Shown here one piece after another: positions 1-10,112 of a DNA stretch of 64,000 nucleotides; position 1 is the stretch's first letter; each line of letters begins with the position of its first letter. The notes below the pieces were generated by a model, which saw nothing but the letters and a program-made list of their open reading frames with translations, did no database searches and was not told the origin of the DNA. The DNA lies in contig JBDNJF010000033.1 of NCBI GenBank assembly GCA_041687955.1, positions 5,696 to 69,695 of the forward strand, given 5' to 3'. The stretch comes from Solirubrobacteraceae bacterium. Its GTDB lineage: Bacteria; Actinomycetota; Thermoleophilia; Solirubrobacterales; Solirubrobacteraceae. A program made the position numbers and the translations under genes.

Positions 1-705
1 GCGGCCGGCAGAGCAGAGCTCCAATGCGTGCGGCCTGCCCGCGTAGCGGTTGTCGCAACCGGTGACGAGCTGCGCGAGCCGGGCGCGGAGCTGGCGCCGG
101 GCGAGCTGCACGACTCCAACTTAACGGCGCTGCAGGCCCTGGTCCGCTCCGCTGGAAGTGAGGTGATCCTTGCCAGTCACGTGGGCGACGATCCGGCCGC
201 CACGGCGAGCTGCTTCGCCGAGGCACTCAATCAGGCCGACATAGTCGTCTGCTCGGGCGGCGTTTCGGTAGGGCCGCACGACCACGTAAAAGCTGCCTTC
301 ATCGGGCTCGGCGTTGAAGAGCGCTTCTGGCGCGTGGCGCTGCGCCCAGGGCGGCCAACTTGGTTCGGCAGCCGTGGTCAGAGCCTCGCATTTGGGCTAC
401 CCGGCAACCCGGTCTCAGCGATGGTCACCTTTCTGCTGTTTGTCGCCCCCGCACTGCGGGCGATTCAAGGCCGCGCGGCGCAAACTACGCGTAGCGCCAC
501 GCTCGGCGAAGCGATCGCCCGACACAGCGACCGCGACGAGTGCGTCCGCGTGCGACTAGAGGGCTCGCAAGTTTTCGCAACCGGCCCACAAGGCTCACAC
601 ATCCTTAGCTCGATGGCGCTGGCCGACGCGCTCGTGATAATCGAACGCGGCGAGGGCTCACTCGCGGCGGGCAGCGAGGTTGAGCTACTAACGCTGCAGC
701 CTTAG
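1..705 (+). CDS. moeA: molybdopterin molybdenumtransferase MoeA, C-terminal part (5' end outside window)
   Basis: The frame-1 ORF is open from base 1, upstream of the listed ATG at 28. Motifs VAVVATGDEL, CSGGVSVGPHDH and GLPGNPVSA are typical of MoeA domains III-IV. Confidence 0.85.
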   Translation, partial: AAGRAELQCVRPARVAVVATGDELREPGAELAPGELHDSNLTALQALVRSAGSEVILASHVGDDPAATASCFAEALNQADIVVCSGGVSVGPHDHVKAAFIGLGVEERFWRVALRPGRPTWFGSRGQSLAFGLPGNPVSAMVTFLLFVAPALRAIQGRAAQTTRSATLGEAIARHSDRDECVRVRLEGSQVFATGPQGSHILSSMALADALVIIERGEGSLAAGSEVELLTLQP

Positions 706-1544
706 GCGGCTTCGAGATAGGCAACGACGCGGTTAGTCAGCGCCGTCAGCGCTGGCGCCGAATCATTGATCGCCATCGGGCGCTCAAGCAGAAGTTGATC
801 GAGCTCAGCGCCGAGCACTGGATCGGCTCGCGTTACGAGCCGCGCGGCAGCTTGAGCGGCTTGGCGAGCGGCTACAGGGTCGAGCGTCCAGATCGCCTCG
901 AAACGCCGGTTGCCATCATTATCAGCGCCGGGCTCCGTTACGCCGTGCTGTTCCCAGGCCAGCAGGCAGGCCGAATAACCGGGCGCGTCGACGACCACGG
1001 CCCATTCGTTGCCAAGCGCGTCCTCCGGGGCTAGTGGAATTTCAACCGGCCCGCCCTCCGGTGAGCGCTCCGCGTCAAAGTCGGCGAAAACGATCGCGGC
1101 ATCGGCCTGCTTGGCAAGCTGGCGGTAGCGTGGCTCGACGGCGCGATAAAAAGATTCGTGCTGAAAGGCGCCGATTAGCACCGGCGCCGCCGCACTGGCC
1201 AGCGTCTCATGCTCGATCGCCTTGCTGAGTGCCATCAGCGTCGACTTGCGCAGAATCTGCGGCCGCACGTCACGGCTGGACGCGACAACAGCAGCGTAGA
1301 GCGACGGACGATCTGAAAGGCTGCCGTCTTCGATCGCGCGCTCAATCGCCGATGCGATTGAGAGCCCGCGGTGGCGATAGGCCTGCACGCGGCGTAGCGT
1401 CTCGACGTCTTCGAAGCTGTAGCTGCGGTAACCGTTAGAGCTTCGCTGCGGCTTGGGAAATCCGTAGCGCTGCTCCCACATGCGCAGCGTTCCAGCGGCA
1501 ATTCCGCTCTGCTCGGCAACTTCTTTGATGGCTAGATCATTCAT
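702..1544 (-). CDS. MerR-family transcriptional regulator with a C-terminal sensory-type domain (DICT-like, tentative)
   Basis: N-terminal MerR HTH (IKEVAEQSGIAAGTLRMWEQRYGFPKP...GYRSYSFEDVETLRRV). Start placed at ATG 1544 (MNDLAIKE) rather than the longest ORF. The roughly 200-aa C-terminal domain is assigned from memory only. Confidence 0.8.
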   Translation of the reverse strand: MNDLAIKEVAEQSGIAAGTLRMWEQRYGFPKPQRSSNGYRSYSFEDVETLRRVQAYRHRGLSIASAIERAIEDGSLSDRPSLYAAVVASSRDVRPQILRKSTLMALSKAIEHETLASAAAPVLIGAFQHESFYRAVEPRYRQLAKQADAAIVFADFDAERSPEGGPVEIPLAPEDALGNEWAVVVDAPGYSACLLAWEQHGVTEPGADNDGNRRFEAIWTLDPVAARQAAQAAARLVTRADPVLGAELDQLLLERPMAINDSAPALTALTNRVVAYLEAA

Positions 1545-1650
1545 CGGATTAATGTGCGGCCGGAGCGCGCGAGTCTCTCCTACAAAACTAATTACGGACA
1601 ATCCGCCCAGATAGGTCATCCTTTAGTTGTTCGGAGCGCGTAACTGTCAC

Positions 1651-2562
1651 ATGAACACTCATCAAACACAGTCAGTCTTGCTCACCGGAGCGACCGGCGC
1701 TGTCGGCGGCGCCTTGCTGCCAAAGCTACTTGATGAGGGCCATAGCGTTAAGGCGTTGGTGCGCAATCCCGCCGAGGCATCGCTTGGCGATATCGAAGTA
1801 GTTGAAGGAAACGTGCTCAGTGGCGCTGGGCTCACGGAATCGCTTGAAGGCGTTGACCTTGCCTACTACCTAATCCATTCGATGGGGCGGTCACCCGGCG
1901 ACTTCGAGCTCAACGATCGGATCGGCGCACAGAACTTCGCTCAAGCAGCAAAAGAGGCTGGCGTGCGGCGGATTATCTACCTCGGCGGCCTTCCACCCTC
2001 CGGCGGCGGCTCCGCCCACCTATCGAGCCGCGCCGAGGTCGCCGACATCCTCGCGACCGCCGTCCCTGAGCCGGTACACGCTCGCGCGGCAATGGTAATC
2101 AGCGCCGAAAGCGCATCATTCACGATGCTCAGTCAGCTAGTTCACCGGCTGCCGCTAATGGTTGGCCCGAAATGGATTGAAACGCGCACTCAGCCGATTG
2201 CCGCCGATGACGTAACGAGCGCACTGGCGATATTGGCCGACTTTCCGCAGCCACCAGCCGACGTCGAACTTGGCGGCGCAGAGATCGTCAGCTACCGCCA
2301 GATGATGGATCGCTTTGCGCGGCTTGAAGGCAGGCGCGAACCGCTAATCATCCCCGTTCCGGTGCTCTCACCACGGCTCTCCTCCTACTGGGTTCGCTTC
2401 ATTACCAGCGTCGAGCCGGCGCTGGCGCGGCCACTAATCGACGGCCTCAAAGAGGAAATGATTGTGCGCACGCCGCCGCCCGCTGGCATCAATGACAGCC
2501 CGATGAATTTCGACCAAGCCGTCGAGCGGGCAATGCAGGAGAGCGGCACCGAAGCCAAATGA
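1651..2562 (+). CDS. NAD(P)H-binding SDR / NmrA-like oxidoreductase
   Basis: Rossmann motif LLTGATGAVGGALLPKLLDEGHSVKALVRNP. ATG at 1651. Its stop overlaps the next start (ATGA at 2559-2562). Confidence 0.75.
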   Translation: MNTHQTQSVLLTGATGAVGGALLPKLLDEGHSVKALVRNPAEASLGDIEVVEGNVLSGAGLTESLEGVDLAYYLIHSMGRSPGDFELNDRIGAQNFAQAAKEAGVRRIIYLGGLPPSGGGSAHLSSRAEVADILATAVPEPVHARAAMVISAESASFTMLSQLVHRLPLMVGPKWIETRTQPIAADDVTSALAILADFPQPPADVELGGAEIVSYRQMMDRFARLEGRREPLIIPVPVLSPRLSSYWVRFITSVEPALARPLIDGLKEEMIVRTPPPAGINDSPMNFDQAVERAMQESGTEAK

Positions 2563-3341
2563 ATGTTGGTCTCGAGATCCTCGCGGCACTGGCCGTGGTT
2601 GTCGCCATCGTTCTGTTGGCGCTGGCCCTGGTAGCGATCGGGACGAAGCTGATCAGCCGCCCGAGCAAAGTTGGCGCGGTCGCAATTGGAGCGCTCCAAG
2701 ACTCGACCAAGACAGATGAGCGTGGCGCGGTGCGGTCGGTTCAGTCTGCCGACCTGCAGATAAACTCGAAAACGCTTGAAGCAATCTGGACGCCGACGAA
2801 CCTTGAGCGCCTCGCCCGCACCTACTGGCGCTTCTTAACGCGCTGCACGCTCGGCTTGATCCGCATTCAATACACCGATGAGGAGCGCTTTGTCGTCTTC
2901 GTCCGCAGACCCTTTGTGTTGCTCGCATTCCGCAAACCGGAGTACGAGATGGACGATCATCGAGGCATCGTACGCTGGAAGATCGAGCGTGGCGTCCTCG
3001 TGGCGGCGCCCGGCGTCAACAGCGATGGCTACCTCGAGATCGACGTTGCTCGCAGACCAGGCATCGAGCCTGACATGAGCACGCTCCACGTTGACGTCGA
3101 GATCGCCAATTATTACCCGCGCATTGCTGCCGCAATTGCGCAGTGGGTTTACGCGTCAACACAGTCAAAAATTCATGTGCTCGTCTGCTACGGGTTCTTG
3201 CGTTCGATCGCCCGCGGCGACCTCGCTGAATCGAAAACGGCTCGCTTTGCTCAGGTAGATCCGCTGCCAGCGCCGCGCGGCCCAAGACCGCGCGACCGCG
3301 GCATCAGTAGTAGCGCCAGTGCCCGCGCCCAAGGCGGCTAG
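2559..3341 (+). CDS. hypothetical protein with N-terminal TM anchor
   Basis: Hydrophobic N-terminus (LEILAALAVVVAIVLLALALVAIG). Translationally coupled to the upstream SDR. I do not recognise the family. Confidence 0.55.
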   Translation: MNVGLEILAALAVVVAIVLLALALVAIGTKLISRPSKVGAVAIGALQDSTKTDERGAVRSVQSADLQINSKTLEAIWTPTNLERLARTYWRFLTRCTLGLIRIQYTDEERFVVFVRRPFVLLAFRKPEYEMDDHRGIVRWKIERGVLVAAPGVNSDGYLEIDVARRPGIEPDMSTLHVDVEIANYYPRIAAAIAQWVYASTQSKIHVLVCYGFLRSIARGDLAESKTARFAQVDPLPAPRGPRPRDRGISSSASARAQGG

Positions 3342-3384
3342 ACAGCGCTTTTGCGCGGCAGGCCAAGAGAGCACGCAAATAGTC

Positions 3385-4890
3385 ATGGACGCCGCGGTGC
3401 AAATGCAATTGGTCTGGTTAAAACGTGATTTGCGCACGCAGGACCACGCCCCGCTAGCAGAGGCAGAACGATCGGAGCTGCCTTATCGCGTGATCTTCCT
3501 TTTTGAGCCCAGCCTGATCGCGCATCCCGACTGCTCGCAGCGGCATTTGCGATTTCAGTGGCAATCAATTCAGGACATGCAAAAGCGCTGGGCGAGCATT
3601 GGGCGAACGGTAGACCTGTTCTGGGGCGAGGCCGAGGACGTCTTTACTTGGCTGACCGCGCGTTATTCGATCGCGCGGGTCTTGTCATATGAGGAATCAG
3701 GCATTGAGAAGACCTTTGTTCGCGACAAGTCAGTCCGCAAGCTCTTTACCTCGCGCGGCGTGGACTGGACGGAATATCAGCGCAACGGAGTGGCAAGGGG
3801 AATTAAAGACCGAGCAGGTTGGGATAAGCGGTGGTACGCAGTAATGAGCCAGCCGATTGTTGTGAATGACTATCAGCAGGCATCCGAATCTGAGCGAGAG
3901 CGCTTGCCCCACCGATTTTTATTGCCCGCGTCAGAGGTAGACAATTGGAGTTCGCCAACCCCGGGGATGCAGGTTGGTGGAGAGTCGCTCGCGTCGCGAT
4001 ACCTGCAGGGATTCTTGACCGAGCGTCACAAGAGCTATCACTTTCACATTTCGAAACCATTGCCGAGCCGGAGGTCGTGCAGCAGATTATCTGCCTACCT
4101 TGCTTGGGGCAACCTGTCGATTAAGCAGGTTTACCAGGCCTCCAAATCATTACCTAAGGAGGATCAAAACGGCCGAGCGATGTCGGCATTTCTGTCGCGC
4201 GTGAAGTGGCACGATCACTTTGTTCAAAAGTTTGAGCAAGAGTGCACTTACGAATTTCGCGCCGTCAATCGAGCTTTTGAAGACCTTGGCGCGCAGAATA
4301 ATTCTGACTTGCTGGAGGCCTGGCAGCAGGGGGAAACGGGATATCCGCTAGTCGATGCGAACATGCGCGCCGTCGCTGCAACAGGATGGATTAATTTCAG
4401 GATGCGAGCGATGTTGGTCAGCTTTTTAACTCATCATTTGAACATCGACTGGCGTTTGGGCGTCTACCACCTGGCGCGCCATTTCTTGGATTATGATCCG
4501 GGAATTCACTACACCCAGTTCCAAATGCAGGCCGGAACTACTGGGGCCAATACGTTGCGGGTTTACAATCCAATCAAGAACGGCCTCGAACACGACGGCG
4601 ACGGTGACTTTGTCCGCTTGTGGCTGCCTCAGCTGGCCGGTTTGCCAAATTATTTAATTCATCAGCCCTGGACAATGACTGAGATGGAGCGCCTGATGTA
4701 CGGCGTCGAGGTCGGCGCCGATTATCCCGCCCCCGTCGTTGCGCTGCAGGGCAGAAGCAACCCTATGGTCTCTCGAATTTATGAGCTAAGAAAAACCGAA
4801 TTTGCGAAATCAGAGAAGCGACGGGTCTTGGCCAAACACGCCAGGCCAGCGAGCAAACGGGCTTCGGCAAAACGAGGCAAAGCGAAGTGA
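3385..4890 (+). CDS. cryptochrome/photolyase family protein (deoxyribodipyrimidine photolyase-like)
   Basis: N-terminal [14 protein letters not shown]-terminal FAD-binding region [10 protein letters not shown]...[14 protein letters not shown]...[26 protein letters not shown]. Start is uncertain (ATG 3385 or 3403; longest ORF begins at 3319). Lys/Arg-rich C-terminal tail. Confidence 0.85.
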   Translation: MDAAVQMQLVWLKRDLRTQDHAPLAEAERSELPYRVIFLFEPSLIAHPDCSQRHLRFQWQSIQDMQKRWASIGRTVDLFWGEAEDVFTWLTARYSIARVLSYEESGIEKTFVRDKSVRKLFTSRGVDWTEYQRNGVARGIKDRAGWDKRWYAVMSQPIVVNDYQQASESERERLPHRFLLPASEVDNWSSPTPGMQVGGESLASRYLQGFLTERHKSYHFHISKPLPSRRSCSRLSAYLAWGNLSIKQVYQASKSLPKEDQNGRAMSAFLSRVKWHDHFVQKFEQECTYEFRAVNRAFEDLGAQNNSDLLEAWQQGETGYPLVDANMRAVAATGWINFRMRAMLVSFLTHHLNIDWRLGVYHLARHFLDYDPGIHYTQFQMQAGTTGANTLRVYNPIKNGLEHDGDGDFVRLWLPQLAGLPNYLIHQPWTMTEMERLMYGVEVGADYPAPVVALQGRSNPMVSRIYELRKTEFAKSEKRRVLAKHARPASKRASAKRGKAK

Positions 4891-5033
4891 AGGGCGTAAA
4901 GAAAGCCAACCTGCCAAGCAAAGATTGTGTTACTTGCGGGCGTCCGTTCGTGTGGCGCAAGAAATGGGAACGGGACTGGGAATCGGTCAAGTACTGCAGC
5001 GACCGCTGTAGCAAAGCGGGTCGCAGCCGCTAG
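4887..5033 (+). CDS. DUF2256-type small zinc-ribbon protein (48 aa)
   Basis: Hand translation from GTG 4887: [48 protein letters not shown], stop TAG at 5031-5033. CxxC...CxxxC pattern. The GTG overlaps the photolyase stop (GTGA). Not in the supplied ORF track because it is under 60 aa. Confidence 0.75.
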   Translation: MKGVKKANLPSKDCVTCGRPFVWRKKWERDWESVKYCSDRCSKAGRSR

Positions 5034-5056
5034 CTAGTCGCGCTGGCAGCTACCGA

Positions 5057-6043
5057 TCAGCTGCCCATTTCGCGCATCTTCTCGCGATTATGGCGGGCCA
5101 TTACGCGGCGAACGGTTCCGGAGCTGGAGCGCATCACGATCGACTCCGTCGATGCAACGCCGCGGCCCTCGTAGCGGACGCCTTGAAGTACGTCGCCATC
5201 GGTCACTCCGGTCGCCGAGAAGAAGCAATCGTCGCCGCGGACAAGGTCATCCTGCGTGAGCTGGCGCTCGAGGTCATAGCCTGCGTCGAGCGCGGCTTTT
5301 CGCTCGCCTTCGTCGCGCGGCCACATGCGACCAACCAGTGCACCGCCAATCGCCTTCAAGGCGGCCGCCGAAATCACGCCCTCCGGCGTTCCACCGACAC
5401 CCCAGAGCAGGTCAACCGGCGAGCGGTCACTGACGGCCAGCAGCGCGGCGCTGACGTCGCCGTCGCTGATCAGACGCACGCGGGCGCCGGCGCCGCGGAT
5501 CTTCCCAATCTGCTCCTGATGACGCTCACGGTCGAGCACGATCACGGTGATGTCGCCAATATCAATGTTGCGGCGCTCGGCTACCAGCGCGCAGGTTTCA
5601 GTCACGGGACGGTCAAGGTCAAGTAGATCTGCGATGTCGCTGGCGCCGGCCATCTTCTCCATGTAGACGCAGGGCCCTGGGTCAAACATCGTGCCGCGCG
5701 GCGAAACCGCGATGACGGCCAGCCCGTTTGGCATTCCTCTCGCCGTAAGCGTGGTTCCTTCGAGCGGATCGACTGCGATGTCAACCTGCGGCTCTGACCC
5801 GTTGCCTACCTGCTCGCCGTTATAGAGCATCGGCGCTTCGTCCTTCTCACCTTCGCCAATCACGACAAGCCCGTCCATCGAGACCGTTGAGAGAACTTGG
5901 CGCATTCCGTCAACAGCAGCCTGATCGGCGGCAAGCTTGTCGCCCATTCCAATCAGGCGCGCGGCCGAGAGCGCGGCCGCCTCGGTGACTCGCACCAGTT
6001 CAAGGGCGAGGTTTCTGCCGGGTGAGGTATGCGGGTCTGCCAT
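5057..6043 (-). CDS. glpX: class II fructose-1,6-bisphosphatase
   Basis: Full-length GlpX-like sequence (LELVRVTEAAALSAARLIGMGDK..., VDIAVDPLEGTT, LLWGVGGTPEGV). Confidence 0.9.
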   Translation of the reverse strand: MADPHTSPGRNLALELVRVTEAAALSAARLIGMGDKLAADQAAVDGMRQVLSTVSMDGLVVIGEGEKDEAPMLYNGEQVGNGSEPQVDIAVDPLEGTTLTARGMPNGLAVIAVSPRGTMFDPGPCVYMEKMAGASDIADLLDLDRPVTETCALVAERRNIDIGDITVIVLDRERHQEQIGKIRGAGARVRLISDGDVSAALLAVSDRSPVDLLWGVGGTPEGVISAAALKAIGGALVGRMWPRDEGERKAALDAGYDLERQLTQDDLVRGDDCFFSATGVTDGDVLQGVRYEGRGVASTESIVMRSSSGTVRRVMARHNREKMREMGS

Positions 6044-6184
6044 CAGCGGTTACACCAAAATCCTTCTGACGACCCTACCGTTGACGCTGCTCTCGCGGCG
6101 TTACGATTCGTTGGCCAACATTCTCGCGCGGCCAAGGTCGTGATCGCCCACCGATTGCGGCGCGAAATCGCTAGTTTGCGCACT

Positions 6185-8155
6185 ATGGAACCTCTCGTTC
6201 ATGACGGCACGCTGCACGGAAGCGCCTACCCACCGATCGCCGACTACGCATTTCTGTCCGATTGCGAATCTATCTGCCTGATCGCGCCAAGCGGCCGCGT
6301 TGAATGGATGTGCCTACCGAGGATGGACGGGCCATCAGTTTTCGGCGCAATGCTCGACCGTGACGCTGGCGGTTTCCGCATCTCACCTGCCGACCAGCGC
6401 GTGCCAGCCGGCCGTCGCTATCTACCAGGGACAATGATTTTGGAGACCACCTGGGCCACCCGCACCGGCTGGGTAGTCGTGCAGGACGTGCTGCTGGTGG
6501 GCCCTTGGCACCATGACTCTGAGCGCTCCGAAACTCACCGCCGCTCACCCACCGACACCGACGCCGACCACGTGCTGCTGCGGACGATGCGCTGCATCAA
6601 CGGCCACGTCGAAATGCAGATGGAATGCGAACCAAAGCTCGAGTACGGCCGCATTCCAGTTCAGTGGGATTACGCTGGCGACGGCTACGGCGTAGGCGTT
6701 GCTTCGGCCGAAGGCGAGGACCTAAAATTGACGCTTACGACCGATCTGCGGCTTGGCTTTGAGGGCGGCCGCGCGCGCTCACGGACAACACTCCACGAGG
6801 GTGACACTGCCTTCGTAGCGCTCAGCTGGACGGAGCACGAGGCGCCCGGCAGCTTCGACGAGGCCTACCGCCGCCTGACCTTCACGGCCGACTTCTGGCA
6901 TGACTGGCTGGCCCACGGATCGTTCCCAGACCACCCTTGGCGGACCTACCTGCAGCGCAGCGCGCTAACGCTCAAAGGGCTGACCTACGCGCCAACCGGC
7001 GCGATGGTCGCGGCCGCGACAACTTCGCTGCCGGAGACTCCGGGCGGCGAGCGCAACTGGGATTACCGCTACTCGTGGATTCGCGACTCAACCTTCATGC
7101 TCTGGGGGCTCTACTCACTGGGCTTCGCGCAGGAGGCAGGCGACTATTACTACTTCATCGAGGACCTCGTCGCCGGTGACCGAGACCTGCAGGTTCTTTA
7201 CGGAATCGGCGGTGAGCGCGAGCTTGAGGAGAGCACACTCGATTACCTCGACGGCTACGAAGACTCAAAGCCGGTCAGGATCGGCAACGGGGCCTTTAAC
7301 CAGAAGCAGCACGATGTTTGGGGCGCACTGCTCGACTCGATCTACATCCACACCAAGAACCGTGACCAGCTGAGCGATTCAGCTTGGCCAATCATCGTCA
7401 ACCAAGTTGAGCGCGCGATCGAAAACTGGAAGGAGCCTGACCGCGGCATTTGGGAGGTACGCGGCGAGCCGCAGCACTTCGTCTCCTCAAAAGTCTTTTG
7501 TTGGGTCGCATGCGACCGTGGCGTGCGCCTCGCCGAACTGCGCAACGACCACGAGCGGATTGAGCGCTGGCAGGCCGCCGCAAACGAGATCCGCGAAGAC
7601 ATCCTCGCCAATGGCATTGATCCTGAGAAGAACCGCTTTGTTCAGGCCTACGGCTCGACCGCGCTGGACGCCGCGCTGCTGCTGGTTGCGCTATTCCGCT
7701 TCCTGCCGGCCGATGATCAGAGGATTCGCAACACGGTGCTCGGGATCGCCGATGAACTCAGCGAAGACGGCTTTGTTCTGCGCTACCGCGTCGATGAGAC
7801 CGACGATGGCCTCAGCGGTGAGGAAGGCACGTTTACGATCTGCTCGTTCTGGATGGTTTCAGCGCTGGTTGAGATCGGCGAGCTCGACCGCGCGCGCGAG
7901 CTCTGCGAGAAGCTGCTGTCGTTCTCGAGTTCGCTTTCACTATACGCCGAAGAGCTCGACGCTAAGACCGGTCGCCACCTAGGCAACTTCCCGCAAGCCT
8001 TCACGCACCTGGCTTTGATTAATGCTGTGATGAAGCTGATTAGCGCCGAGGAGGTAGTCAACGCCGCCAACGAGGAGCTTGACGCCGAGCGCCCGTTGGA
8101 TCAGGTAACAGGCGAGCACCCGGCCGCTGAACTGGCCACTGAGGAAAGTGGATGA
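6185..8155 (+). CDS. glycoside hydrolase family 15 protein (glucoamylase/trehalase type)
   Basis: PIADYAFLSDCESICLIAPSGRVEWMCLPRMD N-terminus and WDYRYSWIRDSTF catalytic-domain motif. Start moved to ATG 6185, because the longest ORF (6029) would overlap the divergent glpX start. Confidence 0.85.
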   Translation: MEPLVHDGTLHGSAYPPIADYAFLSDCESICLIAPSGRVEWMCLPRMDGPSVFGAMLDRDAGGFRISPADQRVPAGRRYLPGTMILETTWATRTGWVVVQDVLLVGPWHHDSERSETHRRSPTDTDADHVLLRTMRCINGHVEMQMECEPKLEYGRIPVQWDYAGDGYGVGVASAEGEDLKLTLTTDLRLGFEGGRARSRTTLHEGDTAFVALSWTEHEAPGSFDEAYRRLTFTADFWHDWLAHGSFPDHPWRTYLQRSALTLKGLTYAPTGAMVAAATTSLPETPGGERNWDYRYSWIRDSTFMLWGLYSLGFAQEAGDYYYFIEDLVAGDRDLQVLYGIGGERELEESTLDYLDGYEDSKPVRIGNGAFNQKQHDVWGALLDSIYIHTKNRDQLSDSAWPIIVNQVERAIENWKEPDRGIWEVRGEPQHFVSSKVFCWVACDRGVRLAELRNDHERIERWQAAANEIREDILANGIDPEKNRFVQAYGSTALDAALLLVALFRFLPADDQRIRNTVLGIADELSEDGFVLRYRVDETDDGLSGEEGTFTICSFWMVSALVEIGELDRARELCEKLLSFSSSLSLYAEELDAKTGRHLGNFPQAFTHLALINAVMKLISAEEVVNAANEELDAERPLDQVTGEHPAAELATEESG

Positions 8156-8835
8156 GCCAGTTCAAGGTGCAGCGCTGCGACGACGCCGAAGAGGCCTCGC
8201 AGCTAACGGCAGCAACGATCACAAAGATGATCGAAGAGGCGATCAGCTTACGCGGCGAAGCTCACTTCGCCTGCTCCGGCGGCAACACCCCGGACCGCAC
8301 CTACGAGATTCTCAGCGACCTGCTCGGTAACGGTGACGGAGTTCACCTTTGGCTCGCAGACGAGCGGTGTGTTGGCCCGGAAGACCCGCAGGCCAACTCA
8401 CTCTTGCTGCAGCAGACTTTGGAGCTGCCGGGAGCGACGCTGCACCGCGTGAAAGGGGAGCTTGGTCCAGACGCCGCCGCCGCTGACTACTGCGAGCAGC
8501 TTGGTGAAACGCAGCTCGACGTAGCGCTGCTTGGCCTTGGCCCTGATGGCCACACCGCTTCGCTGTTCCCCGGCCACCCCGAGCTTCAGATGACTGGCGC
8601 GCGCGTGATCCCAGTCGTGGACTCGCCCAAGCCGCCCCCGGATCGGGTAAGCCTTTCGCTGCCAACGCTCTGCTCAATCACCGACTTGGTGCTGCTTGTA
8701 ACGGGTGCTGGGAAGGCCGACGCGCTGGCTTTGACGCTGGGGGACCCTGGCCCCCAGGCACCAGCATCGCTGCTTCCAGCGGACCGGATGACGCTAATCG
8801 CTGACGCCGCGGCGATTGGCGAAAGCGGCAGCTAG
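8152..8835 (+). CDS. pgl: 6-phosphogluconolactonase
   Basis: SGGNTP, LGLGPDGHTASLFPG motifs. Start overlaps the GH15 stop (ATGA). Confidence 0.85.
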   Translation: MSQFKVQRCDDAEEASQLTAATITKMIEEAISLRGEAHFACSGGNTPDRTYEILSDLLGNGDGVHLWLADERCVGPEDPQANSLLLQQTLELPGATLHRVKGELGPDAAAADYCEQLGETQLDVALLGLGPDGHTASLFPGHPELQMTGARVIPVVDSPKPPPDRVSLSLPTLCSITDLVLLVTGAGKADALALTLGDPGPQAPASLLPADRMTLIADAAAIGESGS

Positions 8836-8847
8836 CGAGTCGCAGGA

Positions 8848-10107
8848 GTGTTTTCGACGCCAGCAAACGCAGGGGCCACTACCCTGCCCGCGCTGCTCGA
8901 GTCTACGCGGCAGCGGACACTGCAGCTGACGGACGCAATCAGCGATCAGGATCTCGAGCGGCAGATCGATCCGATCATGAGCCCGCTGGTATGGGACATG
9001 GCGCACATCGCCGCCTATGAAGACCTCTGGCTTGTCCACCGCGGCGGTGGCCAACCACTACTACGGCCCGATCTGGCTGCGCTCTACGACGCATTTGAGA
9101 CGCCGCGTGAGGTACGTGGCGAGATCGAACAGCTGAACGCTGCGCAGGCGCGCGAATACCTTGCCGCCGTGCGCGAACGAGCGCTCGAGCTAGCAGCGCA
9201 GCGCAGCGTTGACGCTGAGATCACCGAGATGGTGCTGCGCCATGAGCTCCAGCATCGCGAGACAATCTGCCAGACGCTGGCGCTAGCGCAGCTGCCAAGT
9301 TTTAACCCGCAGTTCCGCGAACCTGCGCCGCCCGCGCCTGGCGGCTATAGCGGCCTTGAGTTTGCCGAAATTGACGGCGGCCAGTTTGTGATTGGCGCCA
9401 GCAGCGGGCAATTCGCTTACGACAACGAGCTGCCGCGCTGCGAGCTGCGCGTTGAGCGCTTTGAACTTGGCCTAACTGCCGTGACGAACGGCAGCTGGCT
9501 GGAATTCATCGCCGACGGCGGCTACCGCGAGCGGCAGTGGTGGAGTGACGAAGGCTGGGCTTGGCTGACAACCGAAGCGGCCGAGGCGCCGCTCTATTGG
9601 GACCTCAGCGATCCAGCTAGGCCACTTGAGTTGACTAGCTGCGGCGCGCGCGAACTTGAACCAGACCGGCCCGCTGCTCACATCAGCTTCTTCGAAGCTG
9701 AGGCGTTCGCTAATTCGCGCAGCGCGCGGCTACCAAGCGAAGCCGAATGGGAAGCGGCGGCGCAGTGGCAGGCTGGCGCGCCAATTGGCCGCGACGGCGC
9801 CAACGTCGGTCAGGTTAGCTTCGACACCGCCCCAGTCGGCGCCTACCGGGGCGCAGCGGCCGACTGCGGTGCGCTCGATTTAATCGGCAACCTCTGGGAG
9901 TGGACCTCGAGCGAATTCGACGGTTACCCGGGCTTCAAGGCCCATCCCTACCCCGAGTACTCACAGGTCTTCTTTCGCAAGGGATACCGCGTGCTGCGCG
10001 GCGGTTCGTGGGCGACCGACGGCCGCGTCGCCTCAGCAAGCTTCCGCAACTGGGACCTGCCGCAGCGCAGGCAGATCTTCAGCGGCCTACGGCTCGCGCG
10101 GGATTAA
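8848..10107 (+). CDS. egtB: ergothioneine biosynthesis protein EgtB (hercynine sulfoxide synthase)
   Basis: N-terminal DinB-like domain (WDMAHIAAYEDLW, HELQHRET) plus a C-terminal FGE-sulfatase-like domain (GNLWEWTSSEF, RGGSWAT). Immediately followed by egtD. Confidence 0.85.
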   Translation: MFSTPANAGATTLPALLESTRQRTLQLTDAISDQDLERQIDPIMSPLVWDMAHIAAYEDLWLVHRGGGQPLLRPDLAALYDAFETPREVRGEIEQLNAAQAREYLAAVRERALELAAQRSVDAEITEMVLRHELQHRETICQTLALAQLPSFNPQFREPAPPAPGGYSGLEFAEIDGGQFVIGASSGQFAYDNELPRCELRVERFELGLTAVTNGSWLEFIADGGYRERQWWSDEGWAWLTTEAAEAPLYWDLSDPARPLELTSCGARELEPDRPAAHISFFEAEAFANSRSARLPSEAEWEAAAQWQAGAPIGRDGANVGQVSFDTAPVGAYRGAAADCGALDLIGNLWEWTSSEFDGYPGFKAHPYPEYSQVFFRKGYRVLRGGSWATDGRVASASFRNWDLPQRRQIFSGLRLARD

Positions 10108-10112
10108 CACCG

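Noticed and set aside
6029-6184. N-terminal extension of the GH15 ORF
   Set aside because: It would overlap the divergent glpX start and has no GH15 similarity. The conserved N-terminus starts at ATG 6185.
8848-10107. EgtB's FGE-like domain as the maturase for the sulfatase at 37873-39561
   Set aside because: The EgtB-type FGE fold is a sulfoxide synthase, with a DinB domain and egtD adjacent. It is 28 kb away and functionally distinct from formylglycine-generating enzymes.
9900-10112. N-terminal extension of the egtD ORF (listed start 9900)
   Set aside because: It overlaps the egtB coding sequence in another frame and is Arg/Pro-rich junk. The canonical EgtD N-terminus begins at ATG 10113.
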